64,000 nucleotides of DNA from NCBI GenBank assembly GCA_043800975.1, contig JAZDMK010000301.1, forward strand, positions 1,309-65,308. Reading direction: 5' to 3'. The DNA is from Bacteroidota bacterium (GTDB taxonomy: Bacteria; Bacteroidota; Bacteroidia; Bacteroidales; JAHJDW01). A program made the translations under genes and the position numbers. The notes beneath the pieces are model-generated. The model did not search any database and had not been told where the DNA came from. It saw nothing but the letters and a program-made list of their open reading frames with translations. Shown piece after piece: positions 27,895 through 37,888 of the stretch (the stretch's first letter is position 1; each line of letters opens with the position of its first letter).

Positions 27895-28760
27895 CATTTC
27901 TTCTTGTTTAGCGTCATGGCAAGCGTAAGTTCGTGGCTGCCGTGGCTGAAATGACCAATATCTGAAGTTGTGTAGTCATAAGAATATCCAATACGGAATT
28001 TTTCTTTGAAGTCATATCCCGCCATAAACATAATCGCATCCTGATAGCGCCAGCCTGTGCCCAGCCAGAAATGCTTTATAAAAAAAGCACGTAAACTTAC
28101 ATCAATCTGCCAATTTTTTAATGTAGTTTTAAATAAAAGGTTTGGCTGGATCACTAATTTATAAAGATCTATGTTGTATAAACTGCTCAAATAATAATGT
28201 CTGGAAGATTTAACAGAGGGAGAGAAAAACTTCGGTTCATTCAGTTGTGATATTCCTGCTCCAGCTTGATATTTATGAGTTTTAAATACAATTCCAAAAC
28301 CCGAATTAAAATTGTAATCGGTTTCTTTTTTTAGATTTTGTAATAAAGGATCATTTGGGTCAATAAAAACAAATTGGGTTCTATCTATCGTATACCTTAA
28401 AATTCCTGCATACAAACCAAAACTTAGGATGTTATCGTTTTTCAATTTCAGGTGAAAAGAGTAATTAAGATTAATGTGGTGCTTCTTTTCTAAACCAAGT
28501 TCATCATAGAAGTAATTTATTCCGGCTCCACCATGAATAGCATCAATTTTCTGACAATATTGAGCGGCAAGCGTTTTTGGTTCTGCTCCAAACCCAACCC
28601 ATTGATGCCTGCTAGTTACTGCAGCATATTTATCGTAAAATAAACCGGATGCAGCAGGATTGAAAATAGAATACTGGTTCCAGTACATCGTATACTGCGG
28701 CTCCTGCTGTGCCATACAAAGCGAAGAGGAAAACAGTAAAATGCAAAATAGGTTTTTCAT
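27894..28760 (-). CDS. T9SS membrane protein, PorP/SprF family
   Basis: AQQEPQYTMYW...FNPAASG, RHQWVG, IGYSYDYT...GSHELTL. Confidence 0.93.
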   Translation of the reverse strand: MKNLFCILLFSSSLCMAQQEPQYTMYWNQYSIFNPAASGLFYDKYAAVTSRHQWVGFGAEPKTLAAQYCQKIDAIHGGAGINYFYDELGLEKKHHINLNYSFHLKLKNDNILSFGLYAGILRYTIDRTQFVFIDPNDPLLQNLKKETDYNFNSGFGIVFKTHKYQAGAGISQLNEPKFFSPSVKSSRHYYLSSLYNIDLYKLVIQPNLLFKTTLKNWQIDVSLRAFFIKHFWLGTGWRYQDAIMFMAGYDFKEKFRIGYSYDYTTSDIGHFSHGSHELTLAMTLNKKK

Positions 28761-28825
28761 GAGGCTGGTTGTGAAAATGTAAAAATAATAATGAAAATTA
28801 ATTTCTAGCTACTTTTTAGTCATTT

Positions 28826-28858
28826 ACTCAATAACCAATAACTTAATAACTCAATAAC
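28826..28858 (-). repeat. GTTATTGA-type 7/8-mer array behind the apbE stop
   Basis: Minus strand GTTATTGA GTTATTAA GTTATTG GTTATTGA. Confidence 0.75.
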
Positions 28859-29880
28859 TATTTGCTTCCCGCAATAATTTTCTGAAACTCCTCCGTTCCT
28901 TCCGTCTTCATTTTACCATCCGGTTCTGCAGTAATGAAGAGCGCTTCCAATTGTAATCCTTTTCCTTTATTTTTTAAAAATGTCATCGCTTTTTCTTTTC
29001 CCATCACCATGAATGCCGTGGCCCACGCATCGGCTTGCGCGCAGGTGGGCGCAAGAACAGTGACGCTTAACAAGGAATGACGCACCGGATACCCTGTCGA
29101 AGGATCAATGGTATGAGAATATTTTATTCCGTTTTCAACGAAAAATTTTCTGTAACTACCCGATGTTGCCAGCGATCTGTTATCAAGTAATACTGTGGTT
29201 TCCAACTCACGCTCGCTTTCATTTTCAGAAGGACGTTCAATGCCCACTTTCCACAACTGACCGGTTTCTTTTTTTCCTGCAGCGCGAACTTCGCCGCCAA
29301 TCTCAATCACAAAATCTGTAATCTTTTTCTGGATGAAATACTCTGCCAGTTTATCGCAGGTGAATCCCTGCACAATTGCATTCATATCGATGCGAACACC
29401 TTTGATTTTTTTTGTCAGAATATTTTTCTGGAAAGTAACATGATTGCTTCCGACCAGATTGAGAAGACTGTCTACCTTAGTACTGTCAGGTCGTATTCCT
29501 TTTTTAAAACCAAAGCCCCAGGCATTCACCAGAGGACCGACAGTAATATCAAATGCTCCGCCCGATAATTCAGTTACTTCTTTCGCAAGAGTATATACTT
29601 CTGCAAACATAGGCGGTACTTTCATTTCATTTATTCCCGTGTCATTCAGTTTAGAAATAAAAGAATTGGGATTGAAAATTGAAAATGTAGTTTCAATGGA
29701 ATTCAATATCGAATCAACGTCTTCATTAATCTTGCTTGTATCGTCTGCCAGGTATGCAATATGATATTTGCCGCCTTGTGTAAAACCATTTATTTCATGA
29801 CGCTTTTTACTGGAATCGTTGCACGAATAAAGCCATAGTGCTGTAGTTGCTATAACAAAAAATTTAGAAAATTCCTTCAT
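28858..29880 (-). CDS. apbE: FAD:protein FMN transferase (ApbE) lipoprotein
   Basis: Lipobox LYSC; GAFDITVGPLVNAWGFG, EIGGE, ATSGSYR, HTIDP, ADAWATA; start MKEFSK overlapping the radC end. Confidence 0.93.
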   Translation of the reverse strand: MKEFSKFFVIATTALWLYSCNDSSKKRHEINGFTQGGKYHIAYLADDTSKINEDVDSILNSIETTFSIFNPNSFISKLNDTGINEMKVPPMFAEVYTLAKEVTELSGGAFDITVGPLVNAWGFGFKKGIRPDSTKVDSLLNLVGSNHVTFQKNILTKKIKGVRIDMNAIVQGFTCDKLAEYFIQKKITDFVIEIGGEVRAAGKKETGQLWKVGIERPSENESERELETTVLLDNRSLATSGSYRKFFVENGIKYSHTIDPSTGYPVRHSLLSVTVLAPTCAQADAWATAFMVMGKEKAMTFLKNKGKGLQLEALFITAEPDGKMKTEGTEEFQKIIAGSK

Positions 29881-30565
29881 CGGTAAAACTGTAAAATTGG
29901 TTTTCATGAATGATGATATGATCAGCAACATTGATATCAAAGAGATTTCCTGCTTCGCGAAGCTTTCGTGTCAGTGAGATATCGGCATCGCTGGGTCTTA
30001 AATTACCGGAAGGATGATTGTGGCAAAGGATAACTGCAGTAGCCAGCGCATCGATAGCGATACGGAAAATAATTCTTGCATCCACTACTGTACCTGTTAT
30101 CCCGCCGCTACTGATGGTTTGATGACTGATGATACGGTTCGATCGATTCAAAAGTAAAATGATAAATTCTTCGTGCCGCAAACCTTCTACAAGAGGATAC
30201 AAATAGTCAAATGCATCTTTACTGTTTTTTATAATCGTCTTGTTTGAAACTTCACTTTTCTTGCGGCGGCTACCCAATTCAAGGGCAGCAACAATCGTTA
30301 TAGCTTTGGCTTCGCCGATACCAGAAAAGCGCTGCAGATCTTTTACACTTAGTTTTCCAAGTTCTATTAGATTATTCTCGGATGCTGCAAGAATTTGTTT
30401 GGCAATATCAACAGCTGTTTCTTTTTTGTTCCCGCTTCCGATTAAAATGGCTAATAATTCTGAATCGCTCAATGCAGCTTTCCCTTTCATGGTAAGCTTT
30501 TCGCGAGGGCGATCTTCTTCTGCCCACGATTTGATTCCTTTTAAATTTTGTTTGTATTCTTTCAC
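29864..30565 (-). CDS. radC: RadC-family JAB domain protein
   Basis: EDRPREKL, LSDSELLAIL, GIGEAKA, HNHPSGNLRPSDAD. Confidence 0.95.
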   Translation of the reverse strand: MKEYKQNLKGIKSWAEEDRPREKLTMKGKAALSDSELLAILIGSGNKKETAVDIAKQILAASENNLIELGKLSVKDLQRFSGIGEAKAITIVAALELGSRRKKSEVSNKTIIKNSKDAFDYLYPLVEGLRHEEFIILLLNRSNRIISHQTISSGGITGTVVDARIIFRIAIDALATAVILCHNHPSGNLRPSDADISLTRKLREAGNLFDINVADHIIIHENQFYSFTDEGIF

Positions 30566-30569
30566 AAAA

Positions 30570-31121
30570 TCATTTTAACGGAGTAAAAATGTAAACAACC
30601 GAAAGTCCTGTTTCAGTATCAAACAAAAGTTCAATTCCTTTCTTTTCCCAGGTATAATCGCCATCGTAACTATTTATTTCTTCAACTGAGGTTGGTTTTT
30701 TATACTTGCGTAGAACCTTTTCTTTTTTATCACCAAAGCGAATCTTTTTTGGGAGGATGTATCGTTTAATGATGTTTTCATCAGCACCATAACTGGTAAG
30801 GATATAGTAATTCAGGCGATTGTTTTTAAAATAAAGTTTAAAGAAAGGATATTTCGGAAAAGAGTCGCTGTACACAACAACACTGTCGAATCCAATTTTA
30901 AACTGAAGCAATGTGCTTATGTTGTAATTGCCATCAAAGGCGGTTTTTTCTTCTTCATAGTTTTTTATCTGAAAATCGCCGCCAAGTATTGTGCAGACAT
31001 CTTGTTGCGACATTCCAATTTTAATTTCGCCGGCTGAATGCCCCGGTTTTATGGGAATGTTTTGCGCAGAAAGGGATGCAGAGAGAAGAATTGAAATAAT
31101 CAGTAAAGGAAATAATCTCAT
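30570..31121 (-). CDS. Hypothetical exported protein
   Basis: Signal peptide LSA|Q; 183 aa; 4 nt from the radC start. Confidence 0.7.
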   Translation of the reverse strand: MRLFPLLIISILLSASLSAQNIPIKPGHSAGEIKIGMSQQDVCTILGGDFQIKNYEEEKTAFDGNYNISTLLQFKIGFDSVVVYSDSFPKYPFFKLYFKNNRLNYYILTSYGADENIIKRYILPKKIRFGDKKEKVLRKYKKPTSVEEINSYDGDYTWEKKGIELLFDTETGLSVVYIFTPLK

Positions 31122-31175
31122 TATTGAATGATTTTTAGAATGTAAAGATATTAAGAAAAAAGATGATGATGTTAC

Positions 31176-31212
31176 AAAAAAAATCGTTGATCAGAAATTT
31201 CTGACCAACGAT
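31176..31212 (-). terminator. Intrinsic terminator
   Basis: ATCGTTG...CAACGAT hairpin (31183-31212) followed on the minus strand by a T-run. Confidence 0.7.
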
Positions 31213-31252
31213 GCATTAAATATAGAGCTATGAAAAAACGCGAATTGATTTT

Positions 31253-31975
31253 TTAAACTTTTACCAGAAGCCTCGACATTATAGATACTCCAGGAATTTC
31301 TACCATTAAAATGTAACGACCGGGTTTGAGATTGATAATGTCAATATAGAATGAGTTTTTGCTTTGAATACCTTTTGTAACCATTGCAGGAATTCCATTT
31401 TCATTGAATATTGTAAAAAGACACTTTTGATTTTCTTTCAAACCATCTACTTTCGCATAAACGAGATCTCTTGAAGGGTTGGGGTATACAGAAAATGAAT
31501 AGTCAATTGGATCGTTGCACAAAGGTGCTGTAATAGGACCTGCTGTAACACCGAATTCCTCCAAAGTAATTGGTGTAGGACCAGAGTTAATTATAGCCGA
31601 TATTTTATAATAGGTTGCGGTAGTATTTTTAAATGGTTCAATGTATGAATAAGTATACACTGAAAGTCCGGGATTGAATCCATTTATAGTAATTACTTTA
31701 TCCCAAATTAAATTATCAGAGCTTTTTAAAATTGTATACTCTGTAAAGTTCGGTTCAGAGCGTACTTCCCAAGATATTGTTAATGTACTGTCTAAATTAC
31801 AAAGAGTATAAAACTCCGATATAATTATTTCACTACCAGCTAACGAGCTGTAGTTGGGATTTACTTTTAACTGTTCGGGATTTTGCGAATTGGCCGTATT
31901 TGCCAATAAAGAAAAAATTGAGAACACAATTACAATCAGATTGATTTTTGCGGAGATGGTGGGTTTTGTTTTCAT
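31253..31975 (-). CDS. Small T9SS type A sorting domain protein
   Basis: Signal peptide; ISWEVRSE...YTILKS...YSYIE Ig-like domain; VYPNPS...PGRYILMV CTD. Confidence 0.85.
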   Translation of the reverse strand: MKTKPTISAKINLIVIVFSIFSLLANTANSQNPEQLKVNPNYSSLAGSEIIISEFYTLCNLDSTLTISWEVRSEPNFTEYTILKSSDNLIWDKVITINGFNPGLSVYTYSYIEPFKNTTATYYKISAIINSGPTPITLEEFGVTAGPITAPLCNDPIDYSFSVYPNPSRDLVYAKVDGLKENQKCLFTIFNENGIPAMVTKGIQSKNSFYIDIINLKPGRYILMVEIPGVSIMSRLLVKV

Positions 31976-32084
31976 GATTCAACAGTTTAAATTTGTTATG
32001 TAAAGGTGGTCTCATTTCGACGAAAATAAAATCAGTAAAAATTACATTTATTAAGAAAATATTTGCTTATGGAGTCTGTATTAC

Positions 32085-32119
32085 CCGTATAAATACTGAC
32101 ATCTGTGTATCAATACAGA
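32085..32119. promoter_or_regulatory. Candidate tandem operator (GTAT-N2-ATAC x2)
   Basis: GTATAAATAC at 32087 and GTATCAATAC at 32107, 20 bp apart, in a divergent intergenic region. Confidence 0.4.
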
Positions 32120-32226
32120 AATAGTTTGTTCAAAGTGTTGTTAATTCTGATAAAAGATGAGATTCGGATTTGTTAAAATTTCCGATATTCGCAGAAATAA
32201 TCCATTTGTTTATAAAAAACTGTTCA

Positions 32227-33528
32227 ATGAGCTCCGTAGAAACTGCAAAAAAATCCAATCTGATTCCGATCATAATTATTGGTGCCTTCTTTTTTATTTT
32301 CGGATTTGTGACCTGGCTGAATAGTGTATTAATTCCTTTTCTTGGAATTTCATGTGAATTGACAAATTTTCAGGCTTTTTTCGTAACTTTTGCTTTTTAC
32401 ATTTCCTATTTTTTTATGGCCTTGCCTTCATCCTGGGTGTTAAAAAAAGTGGGCTTTCGTAATGGAATGTCACTAGGATTATTCATCATGGCTTTAGGCT
32501 CTTTACTTTTTATTCCTGCTGCTCAGCATCGAATATTCTCATTGTTTTTAACAGGACTGTTTGTTCAGGGAACAGGATTATCTATTCTCCAGACTGCTTC
32601 TAATCCTTACGTGGCAATTCTGGGACCTATTGAAAGTGCAGCAAAAAGAATCAGTATCATGGGGGTTTGTAATAAAGTGGCAGGCGCATTAAGCCCGATT
32701 GTATTAGGTTTCCTGATTTTGAATGATTCTGAAACTATTAAAAAAAGTTTGGCGGGATTAGTTGATAACGCAAGAATGCAGTTTTTAGATGATGTGGCAA
32801 TGCGTGTAGTAACTCCTTATTTAATAATGGCCGTTATCTTGGTTATACTTGCTGCTTTAGTTCGTTTGGCTTCACTTCCTGAGATTGAACCCGAGAAAGA
32901 AAGTAGTGAAAGTAACCTGAATACAAAAACTTCAATATTCTCATTCCCATATTTATGGTATGGTGTGATTGCTTTGTTCTTATATGTGGGTGTAGAAGTT
33001 ATCGCAGGTGACAGTATAATCAGATTTGGAATGCAAATTAATCCAGATCCATTTATTGTTAACCTGTTTTGGTTTACTGTAAACCTTACAGACCCGCTAG
33101 TTTTTACATCTTATACACTGATTGGGATGATCCTTGGCTATTTTGCAGGAATTATATGTATACCTAAATTTCTCAAACAAGAGAATGCACTTGCAATATT
33201 TTCTTTACTTGGAATCGTGTTCTCTGCTTTAGCTATAATGACAGGTGGGATGGTAAGTGTAATTTTTATTGCTTTACTGGGATTTGCGAATTCAATTATG
33301 TGGCCTGCCATTTGGCCACTCGCTATACAGGGTTTAGGGAAGCATTTGAAAACTGGATCAGCACTTCTGATCATGGCGATTGCTGGAGGCGCTCTTTTGC
33401 CGTTGGTTTATGGAAAACTAAGTGATGTTTGGAATATGCAAGCAGCGTATATTATTATGATTCCCTGTTATCTGTTTATCTTATGGTACGCTTCAATGGG
33501 ACATAAATGCGGAAGAGTTAAAAAATAA
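32227..33528 (+). CDS. Glucose/galactose (GluP/FucP family) MFS transporter
   Basis: FFIFGFVTWLNSVLIP, LQTASNPY, FLYVGVEV, ANSIMWPAIWPLA, MAIAGGALLP. Confidence 0.92.
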   Translation: MSSVETAKKSNLIPIIIIGAFFFIFGFVTWLNSVLIPFLGISCELTNFQAFFVTFAFYISYFFMALPSSWVLKKVGFRNGMSLGLFIMALGSLLFIPAAQHRIFSLFLTGLFVQGTGLSILQTASNPYVAILGPIESAAKRISIMGVCNKVAGALSPIVLGFLILNDSETIKKSLAGLVDNARMQFLDDVAMRVVTPYLIMAVILVILAALVRLASLPEIEPEKESSESNLNTKTSIFSFPYLWYGVIALFLYVGVEVIAGDSIIRFGMQINPDPFIVNLFWFTVNLTDPLVFTSYTLIGMILGYFAGIICIPKFLKQENALAIFSLLGIVFSALAIMTGGMVSVIFIALLGFANSIMWPAIWPLAIQGLGKHLKTGSALLIMAIAGGALLPLVYGKLSDVWNMQAAYIIMIPCYLFILWYASMGHKCGRVKK

Positions 33529-33547
33529 TTACTGTCTTGATTTTCAC

Positions 33548-33582
33548 AAAATAAAAACGCTCAGCGATAGCCGCAGAGCGTT
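33548..33582 (-). terminator. Intrinsic terminator of rpsT (convergent with the transporter)
   Basis: Minus strand AACGCTC-TGCG...CGCT-GAGCGTT followed by TTTATTTT. Confidence 0.7.
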
Positions 33583-33610
33583 CATTACAAAAAAAATGTA
33601 AAGTATTTTT

Positions 33611-33862
33611 TTACAGGCTGGTAACGTGCTTGGTCAAAGAGGACTTCAGGTTGGCTGCCTTATTCTTGTGAATAACGCTTTTCTTCGCCAACTTGTCCAG
33701 CATAGCAGTTACTTTTGGAAGCATTTCTGCTGCTTTTGCTTTGTCCTTCTCAGTACGCAAATCCTTAACAGTATTACGTGTTGAGCGTGCCTGATATTTA
33801 TTCAGTACCCGTTTCGTTTCGTTGGAACGGATTCTTTTCTTGGACGATTTGTGATTTGCCAT
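33611..33862 (-). CDS. rpsT: 30S ribosomal protein S20
   Basis: MANHKSSKKRIR...IHKNKAANLKS. Confidence 0.98.
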   Translation of the reverse strand: MANHKSSKKRIRSNETKRVLNKYQARSTRNTVKDLRTEKDKAKAAEMLPKVTAMLDKLAKKSVIHKNKAANLKSSLTKHVTSL

Positions 33863-33881
33863 TTTTTCTTACTTAAGTTAG

Positions 33882-33953
33882 TAGCCCGTAGGGGAATCGA
33901 ACCCCTGTTACCAGGATGAAAACCTGGCGTCCTAACCCCTAGACGAACGGGCC
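33882..33953 (-). tRNA. tRNA-Glu (TTC)
   Basis: GGCCCGTTCGTCTAGGGGTTAGGACGCCAGG-TTTTCAT-CCTGGTAACAGGGGTTCGATTCCCCTACGGGCTA cloverleaf, anticodon TTC, CCA not encoded; TATCTTTG promoter near 33983-33990. Confidence 0.96.
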
Positions 33954-34071
33954 TGTTAATAAATGCTCCCTCTAAGGGACTGCAAAGATAAAACTTTTTT
34001 AAATCCCTCCAAATATTCTGTAAAAAAAGATTGACAGGGGGCGAAAGCGAAATCAGGATTATTTTTTTTCG

Positions 34072-34752
34072 TTATTCTCTATCAGCCAGAAAGCGGAAAC
34101 CCATGCGTTTAGCAGTTTTTATCTGCTGGTTATCGATATACTGATACATATCCTGAACGGAAACTTCCTTAATATCATCGTAGTAAGGCGTTAACAAATC
34201 AAATTTAATGCAATATTCAATGGCAGATTCAATCATGCTTCGGATTGCTTCCCAGGTCAGTATTGTCGACCCAAAGTTGTTGTAAAGCTGTCCCACTTCG
34301 CGTTTTCCTTCAATAAAATAATGCAGATCTTTATTAATAAAAATTCGGGCAATCAGATATCCCGTGTCACCAAGGCGATTGTATCGGAATGAATCAGCCA
34401 GAAAATTATAAACGTGAATAACGCCACAATAGGAACGATCTGGATCTTCACGCACATAGGGCGTTTTCATTACTTCATGATCTCTTGGGAACTCAAATAC
34501 ATTGGTGTGCATCAGGAAAACCAGAATGTCGCTTCCGAATTTCATTTCCATTTCAAAATCGCCGGAACTCTTGTATTCAAGCAAAATTCGTTTGTCATTT
34601 TTGCGCAGGTTGTGATCAAGCTCCCGAACGATATCCTGAGCAACATCTTTAAACTGCTTAAAAGTATTAAAGGTATTCAGATAAATTTCCTGCTTCATGC
34701 TGGTTTTTTTCTTCAGCTTATCAGCGATATCGTTGGTTTTGGATTTTGACAT
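34072..34752 (-). CDS. Hypothetical cytoplasmic protein
   Basis: 226 aa ORF with protein-like segments (FLMHTNVFEF, YNFLADSFRYNR..D.GYLIARIFIN). Confidence 0.85.
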   Translation of the reverse strand: MSKSKTNDIADKLKKKTSMKQEIYLNTFNTFKQFKDVAQDIVRELDHNLRKNDKRILLEYKSSGDFEMEMKFGSDILVFLMHTNVFEFPRDHEVMKTPYVREDPDRSYCGVIHVYNFLADSFRYNRLGDTGYLIARIFINKDLHYFIEGKREVGQLYNNFGSTILTWEAIRSMIESAIEYCIKFDLLTPYYDDIKEVSVQDMYQYIDNQQIKTAKRMGFRFLADRE

Positions 34753-34792
34753 AATGAATAATTTTGTTGCTAAATTAGGAAAAGCAGTTGAG

Positions 34793-36364
34793 TTATTTAA
34801 AATGCTTCAGGATTTTTTCAGCCACATGATCGGCACATCGTTCTCCATCAAGTGCGGAAGACATGATCCCGCCTGAATATCCGGAACCTTCTCCGCAGGG
34901 AAAAAGTCCTTTAAACTGAATGTGTTCGTAGGTGTCAGGATATCTGGGTATACGCAATGGGGATGACGTCCGGCTTTCAACTCCAATTAATACAGCTTCA
35001 TCCGTGAGAAAACCACGCATCTTTTTTTCAAAAAGTTTCAGTCCTTCTTTTAATCTTTTTGCAACGGGGAACGGAAGAATTTCATGCAACGGTGCGGATG
35101 CGAGGCCAGGGGTGTACGATGTTTCAGGAATTTTTGAGGATAATTTTCCTTTTAAAAAATCCATCAGTTTCTGGGCAGGAGCAGCTTGTGTTGAGCCACC
35201 GGCAATGAATGCATGTTTTTCCATTTCTGCCTGGTAGCGAAGGCCGGATAGAACGCCTGATTTTTCAAAATCTTTAAAATCATTGGCATCTACGGCTGTC
35301 ACGATTCCTGCATTGGCAAAAGGTGAATTGCGCTGCGAGTTTGACATCCCATTTACTACAAGTTCGCCGGGACCCGTAGCAGCAGGAACAATCATGCCAC
35401 CCGGACACATACAGAATGAATAAACCCCAATGTTATCAACCTGCGCAGCCAGACTGTAAGAGGCGGGTGGAAGAAATTCGCTTCTTTTTCCTTTACAGTG
35501 ATATTGAATGGAATCAATTTGTTTCTGCGGATGCTCAATACGAACGCCTACTGCAAAATGCTTTACCTGCAAAGGAATATTGTTGTAATGCAGCAATTGA
35601 TAAATATCACGGGAGGAATGACCTGTAGCGAGAATAACAGCATCAGCTTCATATTTGGCGCTGTCTGTAGAAAGACCCGTCACTTTTTTGTTTTTTATCA
35701 TCAGGCCTGTAACCTTAGAATTGAAATGGATTTCACCTCCTGCACTGATAATTGTTTTTCGTATATTTTTAATAATGTCAGGTAGCCGGTCTGTTCCAAT
35801 GTGCGGATGTGCATCATACAAAATTTCGGGCTTTGCGCCGTGATGAATCAGTATGCGCAAAACTCTTGACGTATCACCTCTTCCGGTGGAACGAGTAAAT
35901 AATTTTCCATCCGAAAAAGTGCCCGCACCACCTTCTCCAAAGCACCAGTTAGAATCGGGATTGATTTTGTGAAAACGGGTTATTTGTGCAATATCGCGCT
36001 TTCGCTCGCTGATCGCCTTCCCGCGTTCAAGAATGATGGGCTTTATTCCGAGTTCGATAAGACGAAGGGCTGCGAAAAGTCCTGCAGGACCAGCTCCGGC
36101 AATAACAACAGGGGTTGCATTTTCAACATTTTTTTCAAAGAGAGGAGCAACATCTTCTGTAGGTGTAGGTTCTTCGTCAATAAATAATTCAAAGCGTAAA
36201 ACAACTTTCACCTGAGAACTTCTGGCATCAACGGAACGGCGAATAACGCGAAAAGCTTTCAGGTTTTCAGAAGAAATACCTGCCTTCTTACAGAGGATAT
36301 TCCTGAATGCACTTGCATCCGAGGCCTCTTTCGGGCTCAGGCTTATTTCAGTTTCCTGCCTCAT
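34793..36364 (-). CDS. FAD-dependent oxidoreductase (uncharacterised family)
   Basis: GAGPAGLFAA, FGEGGAGTFSDGKL, FCMCPGG, GEGSGYSGGI. Confidence 0.9.
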   Translation of the reverse strand: MRQETEISLSPKEASDASAFRNILCKKAGISSENLKAFRVIRRSVDARSSQVKVVLRFELFIDEEPTPTEDVAPLFEKNVENATPVVIAGAGPAGLFAALRLIELGIKPIILERGKAISERKRDIAQITRFHKINPDSNWCFGEGGAGTFSDGKLFTRSTGRGDTSRVLRILIHHGAKPEILYDAHPHIGTDRLPDIIKNIRKTIISAGGEIHFNSKVTGLMIKNKKVTGLSTDSAKYEADAVILATGHSSRDIYQLLHYNNIPLQVKHFAVGVRIEHPQKQIDSIQYHCKGKRSEFLPPASYSLAAQVDNIGVYSFCMCPGGMIVPAATGPGELVVNGMSNSQRNSPFANAGIVTAVDANDFKDFEKSGVLSGLRYQAEMEKHAFIAGGSTQAAPAQKLMDFLKGKLSSKIPETSYTPGLASAPLHEILPFPVAKRLKEGLKLFEKKMRGFLTDEAVLIGVESRTSSPLRIPRYPDTYEHIQFKGLFPCGEGSGYSGGIMSSALDGERCADHVAEKILKHFK

Positions 36365-36367
36365 GAA

Positions 36368-37081
36368 TTATTCAAAATAGAAAGTGAACATAACCACTTT
36401 CGATCCCAGACGGTCAATAGAATTTGTGAATAATGAATTTTCTCTTACCAGTAAATCCCGGACACCAACAGCCAATTTTAACTGCGGGGAGAATTTAAAA
36501 TATTCAAAGTAAATGTCAATGCCAACGCCAATTTCGGCGCAAACATCATTCTGTTTTAATTTAATGAGATCATTGGTCTGGCTCTTCTTTTTTGCCTGCG
36601 AAGCCATATCAATATTGAATTTGCCACCGCCAATCAAATACGCCCGGAAATTATTTACCCTTGCTGATTTGTATTTTATACTGAACGGTAATTCAACAAT
36701 GGAAGATTCAACACGTTTTGTAAGCGTTACAACATTGGTGTCATTTTTAACATAGGTGTATTCTAAAACGCGGTCACCAAAAGAAAGTGTGGGTGTGAAC
36801 CGCAAATCAAGGTATTCAGCAAGGCGAAGATTAGAAACAAGCCCAATATCAAAACCCATTTCAGGTTTGGATTCTAAAACATAAAGCGAATCGAGTAATT
36901 TGTAATCCTGAATCGGACGAATGAAAAAATCGTATTTATTAACACCGAGAGAAAAACCGAAATGAATTTTTTTATAATCGTATTTGGGAAGATTGGGAAC
37001 AACAACACGCTGTGCTTGCAAAACGTAAGTGCATGTAACAGAAAAAAACAATATCAAGATAAATTTCTTCAAAAGACCCAA
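36368..37081 (-). CDS. porT: T9SS outer membrane protein PorT/SprT
   Basis: PNLPKYD.KKIHFGFSLG, LDLRFTPTLSF, YFEYFKFSPQLK, terminal FYFE; next to ubiE/menG. Confidence 0.9.
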   Translation of the reverse strand: MGLLKKFILILFFSVTCTYVLQAQRVVVPNLPKYDYKKIHFGFSLGVNKYDFFIRPIQDYKLLDSLYVLESKPEMGFDIGLVSNLRLAEYLDLRFTPTLSFGDRVLEYTYVKNDTNVVTLTKRVESSIVELPFSIKYKSARVNNFRAYLIGGGKFNIDMASQAKKKSQTNDLIKLKQNDVCAEIGVGIDIYFEYFKFSPQLKLAVGVRDLLVRENSLFTNSIDRLGSKVVMFTFYFE

Positions 37082-37135
37082 TTTTCAAGATTTAACGCAC
37101 AAAAATAACGATTATTATTTGAAATGAAAATATTT

Positions 37136-37861
37136 TTAGCTTTTCCTTGATAATGGCTTAATGCCGTAATACAAACAGGCAACTCCAAATGTAAAACGAC
37201 GGTAACCAGAATTGCAAAAACCAGTCTGATTCAAAATGTCGACGAACTTTTCGTTGGCAGGAAAATGCATGGATGAGTCAAAAAGATATCGGTATGCCTT
37301 GCGGTTCCCCGAAATACTCTTTCCAATGATAGGAAGGATATTTCGAAAATAGAAAAAATAAAGGTTGCGGATAATTGCATTCTTGGGTTTGGAAAATTCA
37401 AGAATCCATACTGCGCCGCCGGGCCTTAGAATACGCAGCATTTCGGCAAGGCCCTTCTCAAGGTTTTCGAAGTTGCGAACGCCAAAAGCAACCGTTACTG
37501 CATCAAAAGATTCATCGGCCTGTGGGATATTCTCTGCATCTCCGTTAAATAGTTGGATTTGTTTTTCCATTCCCAAAGCCGAAATTTTTTCTCTGCCTTT
37601 TTCAAGCATTTTCTCAGAAAGATCAACCCCGACAATTTTCTGTATCCCATTTCTGGCGCAGGTAATCGCAACATCCGCTGTGCCGGTTGCAACATCCAGA
37701 ACATTCTTGGGATGGTTACGGATAAGCATTCGGATCATTTTTTTCCGCCAGCGAACATCAGAGCGAAAGGATAGGAATCGGTTCAGAAAATCGTAACGCC
37801 CGGCAATGCTGTCAAACATTCCGGTTACCTTCTCTTTTTCGGCAATCGTGTGTTTATTCAT
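37136..37861 (-). CDS. menG: Demethylmenaquinone methyltransferase UbiE/MenG
   Basis: MFDSIAGRYDFLN, LDVATGTAD, AFGVRNF, ILEFSKP. Confidence 0.93.
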   Translation of the reverse strand: MNKHTIAEKEKVTGMFDSIAGRYDFLNRFLSFRSDVRWRKKMIRMLIRNHPKNVLDVATGTADVAITCARNGIQKIVGVDLSEKMLEKGREKISALGMEKQIQLFNGDAENIPQADESFDAVTVAFGVRNFENLEKGLAEMLRILRPGGAVWILEFSKPKNAIIRNLYFFYFRNILPIIGKSISGNRKAYRYLFDSSMHFPANEKFVDILNQTGFCNSGYRRFTFGVACLYYGIKPLSRKS

Positions 37862-37888
37862 TTTCAAAAATCAGTTGCAAAAAATAAT

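Noticed and set aside
29864-30565. radC as a mobile-element or anti-defence marker
   Set aside because: Full-length chromosomal type with N-terminal HhH region in a housekeeping context
33882-33953. tRNA-Glu as an integration site
   Set aside because: No integrase and no duplicated tRNA 3' end; rpsT follows directly
36368-37861. porT next to menG/ubiE
   Set aside because: Common conserved synteny in Bacteroidota
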